Notes under the pieces: model-generated
Seen by the model: only the letters and a program-made list of their open reading frames with translations
Told to the model about the DNA's origin: nothing
The model's database searches: none
Shown: piece after piece, positions 24,120-32,000 of the stretch
Numbering within the stretch: position 1 is the first letter of the stretch
Layout of the letters: the number at the start of each line of letters is the position of its first letter
Program-made: the position numbers and the translations under genes
DNA from: Candidatus Saccharimonadota bacterium
GTDB taxonomy: Bacteria; Patescibacteriota; Patescibacteriia; 2-12-FULL-60-25
Assembly: GCA_963718585.1 (NCBI GenBank)
Contig: OY970357.1
Coordinates: forward strand, 840,001-872,000
Length of the DNA stretch: 32,000 nucleotides
Direction: 5' to 3'

Positions 24120-25241
24120 TTAGTCTTCCTTGTTCAACTCCGCGCGGAAATCGCCGGGTTTGATACCTTGACGAAGCTCCGCTTCCACGAACGGATCGAG
24201 CTCGCCGTCGAGCACACCATCCGTATCCGATGTTTCGACGCCGGTCCGCAGGTCCTTCACCATCCGGTACGGCTGGAGCACGTAGGAGCGGATCTGGCTT
24301 CCCCACTCCGCGCTGTGGAACTCCCCGCGAAGCTGCTGTTTCTCCTTCTGCAATTCTTCTTCCTTCAATTTCAGGAGCTTTGCCTTGAGGATGCGCATGG
24401 CCGTCTCCTTGTTCTGTGTCTGTGATCGCTCATTCTGACATGAGACCGTGATCTTCGTCGGGAGATGGACGATGCGCACCGCCGAATACGTCGTATTCAC
24501 GGACTGTCCGCCCTTGCCGCCGGACGTGAACGTATCGATGCGCAGATCTTCCGGTTTGATCTCGATGTCCACGGAGTCTTCGACCTCGGGAAGGACCTCG
24601 ACGAGGGCAAAAGACGTCTGGCGAAGTGAATCCGCATTGAACGGCGACAAGCGGACGAGTCGATGGACACCTGCTTCGCCTTTGAGGTGGCCGTACACAT
24701 GACGTCCCTCCACCATGAACGTTGCGGACTTGATCCCTGCCTCGGTGCCGCGGCTCTCATCAAGAAGCTTCACGGTCCATCCCTTCTTCTCGGCATAACG
24801 GAAGTACATGCGAAGGAGCATCTCGGCCCAATCCTGCGCATCCGTCCCGCCCGCACCCGCGTGGATCGAAAGGATGGCATTCGACGCATCGTGCGGACCG
24901 GAAAAGAGCATGTCGAACTCCTGTGCCTGATACTGCTTCTCCGCCTTGGCAAGACGGGTCTCCAACTCCTTCTGCATCTTCGGATCATCCAGCTCCGCGA
25001 ACTCCTGGATCTCCATGACCTCGATCCGCAGCTTTTCCCATTTCTCGAAATCCTTGGACAGGTCCGCAAGCTTTCGCGATTCTCGCTTCGCCCGTTCCGG
25101 TTCGCTCCAAAAATCCGGCGCGGCGGCCTCGGCCTCAAGGGCTTTGACCTCCTCGCGCATCGCATCGATATCCAAAACCCGCCATGCGTCTTCGATCTTG
25201 GCGCGCAGGTCAGTGATGCGTTCGAGGAGGTCGGTCTCCAT
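24120..25241 (-). CDS. prfB: peptide chain release factor 2, uninterrupted (no programmed +1 frameshift)
   Basis: RLSPFNA (SPF tripeptide anticodon motif), SGGKGGQSVNTT (GGQ). Start placed at METDLLERI (ATG 25239-25241). One continuous frame. Confidence 0.93.
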   Translation of the reverse strand: METDLLERITDLRAKIEDAWRVLDIDAMREEVKALEAEAAAPDFWSEPERAKRESRKLADLSKDFEKWEKLRIEVMEIQEFAELDDPKMQKELETRLAKAEKQYQAQEFDMLFSGPHDASNAILSIHAGAGGTDAQDWAEMLLRMYFRYAEKKGWTVKLLDESRGTEAGIKSATFMVEGRHVYGHLKGEAGVHRLVRLSPFNADSLRQTSFALVEVLPEVEDSVDIEIKPEDLRIDTFTSGGKGGQSVNTTYSAVRIVHLPTKITVSCQNERSQTQNKETAMRILKAKLLKLKEEELQKEKQQLRGEFHSAEWGSQIRSYVLQPYRMVKDLRTGVETSDTDGVLDGELDPFVEAELRQGIKPGDFRAELNKED

Positions 25242-25267
25242 GCGCGCGACAGTACCCGGAAATGAAC

Positions 25268-25296
25268 AAAAAAGCAATCCGCGCAGGGCGGATCGC
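25268..25296 (-). terminator. terminator candidate after the DUF4870 gene
   Basis: Minus strand: GCGATCCGC-cctgc-GCGGATTGC (one mismatch) followed by U6. Confidence 0.5.
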
Positions 25297-25321
25297 TTTT
25301 CGATTCTGACAGTCTTTTCTC

Positions 25322-25660
25322 TTAGATGTTGAAGTTCTTCCGCAGGGGCCCGATGAGCGGGATCTCCCAGAATTCACCGGACAACGCCTTGATGAAGGCC
25401 ATGAGGTCCGCAAGGAAGACGATGATCAACAGCAACCATCCGATGATCGGGAACCAGAAGACGAACGATCCGACGATCCAGACGATGAAGAGCACCAAGC
25501 CTTGTTTGGCATGCTCTTGGCAGAACTTGGATTCGCGTTTGGCGAGGAGCGGAATGAGGAAGAGGATGCCGATATAGCTCAATGCGGCGATCACCTTGTT
25601 ATCGTCGACGTCCTTCTTATCGAAGTGCGGGACGACTGTGGCGTTGATAGGTTCGGTCAT
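25322..25660 (-). CDS. DUF4870-like small membrane protein
   Basis: Trimmed to MTEPINATVV. ALSYIGILFLIPLLAKRESKFCQEHAKQGLVLF matches the YxGxLFLIPLL..K.S.F...HA.QGL pattern. Confidence 0.7.
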   Translation of the reverse strand: MTEPINATVVPHFDKKDVDDNKVIAALSYIGILFLIPLLAKRESKFCQEHAKQGLVLFIVWIVGSFVFWFPIIGWLLLIIVFLADLMAFIKALSGEFWEIPLIGPLRKNFNI

Positions 25661-25831
25661 AGGGGTAGAAGTTATTGCGAGAAGGATAGCAGGAGCTGAG
25701 TCAGGCCACAATACGGCCACCGAAGGCAAACAATGATACTCCGATCTGCGTCAAACGGATCAAGGCGTTGATCAGATCACATTCCCGGCGTCGGGAAGAC
25801 GTTCGTGTCCTGATTCGAGATCGGCGTCTTG

Positions 25832-26095
25832 CTATTGGATGGCGTCGGCGCAGGCGCGGGCGTGGGCTTCGGAGCTGGTGCTGGAGCGGGGGTCGGAGTC
25901 TGGAGCGGGTGCTGCCGCACTGTTTGCGCTCCCTTCATTGGTCGTCGTGGGTACGGTGGACGTTTGAGCAGGCTCTGCGGGCGCCGTCGTCGGGTGGATG
26001 CCGGTGCCGCTCACGAACCAAAAGAAGACCAGCACCAAGACGATCGCAGCTGCGACCTCTAAAGCATGTGCGCGGAGAAATGATTTGGGTTCCAT
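25832..26095 (-). CDS. small membrane-anchored Pro/Thr/Ala-rich protein (frame of the C-terminus uncertain)
   Basis: ORF-track ORF with TM helix VAAAIVLVLVFFWFV followed by a low-complexity tail. An alternative +1 frame gives a PAPAPAPKPTPAPAPTPSNSK... tail ending near 25785. Confidence 0.4.
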   Translation of the reverse strand: MEPKSFLRAHALEVAAAIVLVLVFFWFVSGTGIHPTTAPAEPAQTSTVPTTTNEGSANSAAAPAPDSDPRSSTSSEAHARACADAIQ

Positions 26096-26146
26096 AGGTC
26101 AAAAATACAATACACGAGTAGCTTCGATCTGTTACGTCCCGCATAA

Positions 26147-26167
26147 AAGGCCTCCATTCAGGAGGCC
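26147..26167 (-). terminator. terminator hairpin after groEL
   Basis: Minus strand: AGGCCTCC-tgaat-GGAGGCCT followed by UUU. Confidence 0.6.
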
Positions 26168-26176
26168 TTTCTTGGA

Positions 26177-28136
<1,960 letters not shown>

Positions 28137-28183
28137 AGGTTGGATCGAAAAAGAGTAATGAATGAGAGGAAAATACCGCCGAA

Positions 28184-28210
28184 CTAGCATTCTCAGTCGT
28201 CGAGTGCTAA
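28184..28210 (-). promoter_or_regulatory. CIRCE (HrcA operator) element, one degenerate arm
   Basis: Minus strand: TTAGCACTC-gacgactga-GAATGCTAG versus consensus TTAGCACTC-N9-GAGTGCTAA (2 mismatches in the second arm). Lies between the promoter and groES. Confidence 0.7.
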
Positions 28211-28226
28211 TGACGGTGCTGGCCAG

Positions 28227-28256
28227 AATATAACGCAGGCCGGCCGTCTCCGTCAA
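28227..28256 (-). promoter_or_regulatory. groESL promoter candidate (TTGACG-18-TATATT)
   Basis: Minus strand: TTGACG (28251-28256), TATATT (28227-28232). Confidence 0.5.
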
Positions 28257-28270
28257 GGTATGACCCATAT

Positions 28271-28299
28271 AAAAAAGCCCCGTCACATGAGGACGGGGC
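28271..28299 (-). terminator. Rho-independent terminator after the GGDEF gene
   Basis: Minus strand: GCCCCGTC-ctcatgt-GACGGGGC followed by U6. Confidence 0.8.
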
Positions 28300-28304
28300 T
28301 GAAG

Positions 28305-29345
28305 TCATGAATGAAGCGGCGGGAGCGGCGTGAGGACCGCGTCTGAACGCGGAAGCAGGTAGAGGCGATCCTTCCCCTTTTCCTTTGCGACTCGTTTCGC
28401 CCGCTCTGCGAGACGGATGATGTTCATGAGGAGCGCATGCGCTCCCGGAAGGACGACGACGCCGATGGAAGCCGTGACCCGCAGGGGTGGCTCCACGTTC
28501 GCGAAGAGCGAATGACGCACGAGGCGAACGTCATCGCAGATCCGTTCTGCCATGCCGCAAGCTTCGAACTCGCTCACCTCCTCGGCAAGGATGATGAATT
28601 CATCTCCGCCAAGGCGGACGATCGTATCCCCTTTGCGGATGGATCCCCGAAGGGTCTTTGCCGCGGCAACGAGGACATTGTCTCCGACGCTGAAACCCAG
28701 CTCGTCGTTCACGAGTTTGAAACGATCCAGGTCCACGAAGAGGGCGGCGAGTGAACCACCAGACGCCTTGACCCGCTCGAATGCGCCCGGAAGGTACGCA
28801 TCGAGAAACCAGCGGTTCGGAAGTCCGGTCAGTGGATCGTGATGCGCCATGTGCTTGAGTTCAGCCTCATGCGTCAGCTGTTCCGTCAGATTCCGACAGG
28901 TCCCGATGATCCGGACGACCACGTCGTCCACGATCACCGGCCGCAAGTTCAGGAGGACCGGGACCACCCCATCCGTCGTTTGGATGAATGCCTGGACGTC
29001 GGACAAACGCCCCTGCGCACTGAAGCGATCGAGAAGGCCATACCCATCAGGACGACCTTCACTGTTCGTGAACGCATCCATGATGCGCCTCCCCACGGCG
29101 ACCTCTGCCGGGACGTTCAAGAGGCCACGAGCCGCCTCGTTCATGAAGGTGGTCCGCATTCGGCAATCAGTGACGAATACGGCGTCCGTGATGCCGTTCA
29201 AGGCACGTTCGTACAGCCGGCACTGCTCCTCTAGCCAGGCTTGGGTCGCGGGTCCGTCGGATGATGATGGCGGCGTTGCCGGAAACCGCTCTCCACAGGG
29301 GTCCGGCAGATGCGACTGCGTCAAGAATTTCGGTCGATCGCTCAC
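28305..29345 (-). CDS. PAS-domain diguanylate cyclase (GGDEF)
   Basis: PAS-like ALNGITDAVFVTDCRMRTTFMNEAA. HHDPLTGLPNR, RLGGDEFIIL (intact GGDEF). GTG start. Confidence 0.88.
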   Translation of the reverse strand: MSDRPKFLTQSHLPDPCGERFPATPPSSSDGPATQAWLEEQCRLYERALNGITDAVFVTDCRMRTTFMNEAARGLLNVPAEVAVGRRIMDAFTNSEGRPDGYGLLDRFSAQGRLSDVQAFIQTTDGVVPVLLNLRPVIVDDVVVRIIGTCRNLTEQLTHEAELKHMAHHDPLTGLPNRWFLDAYLPGAFERVKASGGSLAALFVDLDRFKLVNDELGFSVGDNVLVAAAKTLRGSIRKGDTIVRLGGDEFIILAEEVSEFEACGMAERICDDVRLVRHSLFANVEPPLRVTASIGVVVLPGAHALLMNIIRLAERAKRVAKEKGKDRLYLLPRSDAVLTPLPPLHS

Positions 29346-29398
29346 GTCACCCTCGCTTTCATTCGGTTGAAAAGGTCAAAAAGAACAGAAGAGACACC

Positions 29399-30700
29399 CT
29401 AGGAGATATCGGCGTTCGTGTCAACCCGTCTGTCTTTCAACGCCACGAAGACCAAGATGGCCGCGAGGGCCTGGCCAGACCAGTAGGAAAAGAGAAGGTG
29501 ATCGAAGAGGAGGGGTGGAACGACCACAAGCAGATACGGGATCCCAGCAAAGACCAACCGCGGTCTCCAGCTCCATACGAGCCACATGAAAAAAAGGAGA
29601 CCAACGACGCCCAGATCCGCAAGCACGAGGAGCGGGACGTCATGCGGCGGCTCGAGCGGAGCCAGTGCGGGCGATCGCTGAATGCGGGATGCGAGATCGA
29701 CAAGCTCCGCATTCGGTCCGGCGCCAAAGAAAGGATGCAACATGAAGACAGACCAGCCGTCTGCCAGACTTTGTGCGCGCCTGTCGACAGATCTTGCCTC
29801 CAACCGTTGTGTCAGATCCACACGCGCGAAGATATGTGCGCGCTGGGAAACGACGGCGGCGCCACTGAAACAGACGACGCAGAGCAACCCGATCATCGCG
29901 AACTGCATCGAGATCTCGGAGCCGTCTTTTCTACGGGAGCGGAGCGATACGACCGCCCATGCGATCAACCCCATGGCCGCGCCAAGCCACGCACTGCGGG
30001 AATAGCTCGTGACGAGCACGGCACTGAAAGATCCCGTCGCAAGGCTCCACACAAGTGCTGCATACTTCGATCTCGCACGGGTGACACATTCCAACGCCGC
30101 GAGCATCCCCGCCGCCATCCATGCACCGAGGATGTTCGGATGCGGAAACCCACCATATGCGCGGAGGATCCGAACATCGTCATGCTGGACCACGGACGCC
30201 CCAAGGTCTTTTGCGGCATGCGCCGCCATCCCGAGCCATGTCGATCCCATGACTGTTCCCGTCAGGTATTGCCGCACCGCAAGGACCGCATGCGGAAGTA
30301 AACTCCCTGCAAACCAAGCAAGGACAGAGGTGCGAGAGACGTTCCGGCGCCACAGGGTCACGACGAACGCGCCGAGGAGGATCACCTGGATCCACCACTG
30401 CGCGGTCGCGACACGGGAGAGCGTCGTGACGAGCGTGAGGACGATGAGGAGCACGATCGGAAGGGCCGTCCGGACCTTCGGTATCTGGCGCTCAGCTTTC
30501 CACCCCGTGAGTATGGCGGCCAAAAGGACCATCCAGCTTGCATAGATCGCCCACCTCCCCTGTTCCCATGGCCACCCCGCAAGCGACGCGTCCGCGAACC
30601 ATCGCGTCTGCCAGGGGAGCACCAAAAGCGCGAGGCGCCACGAGACACCGAAGGCGCGTAGACGCCATGTATTCAGGGTGTGATGCTTCTCTTCTGACAT
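29399..30700 (-). CDS. O-antigen ligase/polymerase-like polytopic membrane protein (Wzy_C family)
   Basis: More than 10 hydrophobic segments and the central SYSRSAWLGAAMGL motif typical of O-antigen ligase-like proteins. Confidence 0.72.
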   Translation of the reverse strand: MSEEKHHTLNTWRLRAFGVSWRLALLVLPWQTRWFADASLAGWPWEQGRWAIYASWMVLLAAILTGWKAERQIPKVRTALPIVLLIVLTLVTTLSRVATAQWWIQVILLGAFVVTLWRRNVSRTSVLAWFAGSLLPHAVLAVRQYLTGTVMGSTWLGMAAHAAKDLGASVVQHDDVRILRAYGGFPHPNILGAWMAAGMLAALECVTRARSKYAALVWSLATGSFSAVLVTSYSRSAWLGAAMGLIAWAVVSLRSRRKDGSEISMQFAMIGLLCVVCFSGAAVVSQRAHIFARVDLTQRLEARSVDRRAQSLADGWSVFMLHPFFGAGPNAELVDLASRIQRSPALAPLEPPHDVPLLVLADLGVVGLLFFMWLVWSWRPRLVFAGIPYLLVVVPPLLFDHLLFSYWSGQALAAILVFVALKDRRVDTNADIS

Positions 30701-31596
30701 ATTCCTTCGTACGCACGCCGATATGCGTCCCGGTTGTCGGTCACATGGAACTTCAACGCCTGATCCGACACGATCACGGTCGTGTCCCGATCCATCCGTT
30801 CACGGATGGAGGGTGGAAACCACCGTCGCTGAAATGCACGGGCAAGCGGTTCGAAAATGGAAGTGGGAAGCCGGAAAATGGGAGACGGGATACGCAGATC
30901 CGGTGGAACGATCCATTTCAATGCGAACGGATGTCGCGCGCGGAGCGATGCATTCACCTCCCAAAGCTCCTCAGAGACCCCATCATCAAAGATAGGCAGT
31001 AGGGAAAGGAACCAATGACGAAAATACGGATCATGCGGGACCAGCTGATGCGAGGTGAGATCAAGCCCATCATCCGCAATGAAATAGGACAAGCAGACCG
31101 CATCCTGCTCATGTCCTGGGGACGGTGTCCATCGCAAAAGACGGAACGGCGCTCCCCCGAGGAGGCGGGTAGACCAGATCGTGCCCTTTTTCACGATGAC
31201 GAAAAAGTCGATATCTCCGCCGTCACGCGCATTCCCAAGCGCCGTCGTATTTGCCAACGCGACCATCCGGACCCCGCTCAAAGACGCGAGCCATCGTGCG
31301 ACGCGCCGAGCGCGCCGACGCTTGCGTGGCTGCAATGGATCCCGTCGTCGCATCTCCGCGACGATCCCTGCAAGGGTGTCGGGAAATCCGATGCGCCCTT
31401 CACGTTCTGCGAGCGTCGCATCGTCAAGGAGACCGTCCAGCTGAGCCTTCACGATATCAAAAGACGGAACAGGCAACAGGGAACGTCCTTCTCCCACGTC
31501 TGCGGAACCGATCAGCTCCGCCCGTGTCGGCGCATACGCCCACGCTTCGTGAAAACACGACGCACGAATGAGCGCGTCCCGTACATCAACGTTCAT
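30673..31596 (-). CDS. nucleotidyltransferase-fold protein (Pol-beta-like NTase), function unknown
   Basis: LGNARDGGDIDFFVIV fits the G(S/N)-x-D-x-D minimal NTase motif. 28-nt overlap with the ligase-like gene. Confidence 0.5.
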   Translation of the reverse strand: MNVDVRDALIRASCFHEAWAYAPTRAELIGSADVGEGRSLLPVPSFDIVKAQLDGLLDDATLAEREGRIGFPDTLAGIVAEMRRRDPLQPRKRRRARRVARWLASLSGVRMVALANTTALGNARDGGDIDFFVIVKKGTIWSTRLLGGAPFRLLRWTPSPGHEQDAVCLSYFIADDGLDLTSHQLVPHDPYFRHWFLSLLPIFDDGVSEELWEVNASLRARHPFALKWIVPPDLRIPSPIFRLPTSIFEPLARAFQRRWFPPSIRERMDRDTTVIVSDQALKFHVTDNRDAYRRAYEGICQKRSITP

Positions 31597-31898
31597 GACT
31601 CCGTCTGGCTCAGGTGCGCCGGCGGTGCGGCCATGCGCGGATTGGCCTTGGCCGCGGCCATTTCCCGCACCACGGCATCCACGACCACGACCTCCTGATC
31701 AGACATGGACACGATCTGAGACCATGAGATCATCGCCTCCTGATCCAGCAGGGCTGGAACCGCACCCGGGATCCGGACCCGGAATACCGTCAATTTTCCG
31801 GTATCACCATCCAAGTCGAAACTGACGACTTTCCCGACCGAAAACCCGGCTTCTGTTCGGACGGGCACACCGGCCATTTTCTTGCTGTTCACGATCAT
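31593..31898 (-). CDS. PRC-barrel domain protein (YlmC/YmxH-like)
   Basis: KKMAGVPVRTEAGFSVGKVVSFDLDGDTGKLTVFRV...ISWSQIVSMSDQEVVV is a PRC-barrel pattern. ATGA overlap with the downstream gene. Confidence 0.7.
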   Translation of the reverse strand: MIVNSKKMAGVPVRTEAGFSVGKVVSFDLDGDTGKLTVFRVRIPGAVPALLDQEAMISWSQIVSMSDQEVVVVDAVVREMAAAKANPRMAAPPAHLSQTES

Positions 31899-31922
31899 GA
31901 GGTCAGCGTAGCGCAGAGGCGG

Positions 31923-31957
31923 AAAAAAAAGGAGAGGTGGGTTCCCTCTCCTTTTTT
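31923..31957. terminator. bidirectional terminator hairpin
   Basis: A8-GGAGAGG-tgggttc-CCTCTCC-T6. Confidence 0.6.
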
Positions 31958-31964
31958 CGGTCTT

Positions 31965-32000
31965 TTATCCTTGAGATGGCGTCGGTGGCGCGATCTGTGG
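31965..32000 (-). CDS. 3' end of an unidentified minus-strand gene (last 11 codons plus stop)
   Basis: Open frame ...PQIAPPTPSQG* ending in TAA (31965-31967) directly before the terminator hairpin. Too short to identify. Confidence 0.2.
   Translation of the reverse strand, partial: PQIAPPTPSQG

Overview
This is a GC-rich, gene-dense bacterial chromosome segment (roughly 55-60 % GC by eye, not computed). Most genes are housekeeping genes on the minus strand. The 16S variant, the small-genome gene set and the many short or overlapping gene junctions suggest a Patescibacteria/CPR-like organism; this is inference only. The genetic code looks standard: RF2 is present and TGA, TAA and TAG all serve as stops.

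Gene map, left to right:
- RNase Z-like gene start, Nudix hydrolase, YdeN-like serine hydrolase, tRNA-Val(UAC)
- two small unknown genes, yeaO (DUF488), tRNA-Leu(GAG)
- degenerate DAG-kinase-like protein, bactofilin, orphan histidine kinase
- argS, tyrS, valS
- degenerate DHH phosphoesterase, frameshifted trmH, a split Cys-rich membrane protein
- tRNA-Val(GAC) with a 60-bp duplicated 3' end, then a small unknown gene
- a stand-alone 16S rRNA unit with its own promoter, processing stem and terminator (no 23S or 5S in the window)
- lipoprotein, then two tandem paralogous unknown proteins
- GalE-like epimerase, rsmA, tsaC, SemiSWEET, prfB (no programmed frameshift), DUF4870 protein
- groES-groEL behind a CIRCE operator
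- PAS-GGDEF cyclase, O-antigen-ligase-like protein, nucleotidyltransferase-fold protein, PRC-barrel protein

Most notable observations:
1. valS carries an in-frame ~190-aa histidine-phosphatase (RHG...SHG) domain inserted between the WFSS..GWP and FYPTS motifs of the catalytic core.
2. A lipoprotein plus a tandem pair of uncharacterised paralogs is driven by back-to-back near-consensus promoters, with a perfect 9-bp inverted repeat bracketing one of them.
3. A perfect 60-bp direct repeat (tRNA-Val 3' end plus terminator) flanks a 118-bp highly structured segment.
4. The 16S gene is unlinked and shows 530-loop covariation.
5. A long structured leader sequesters the SD of the epimerase gene.
6. 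Two to three +1 frame breaks occur (trmH is clear, the others tentative).

No CRISPR array, transposase or integrase is visible.
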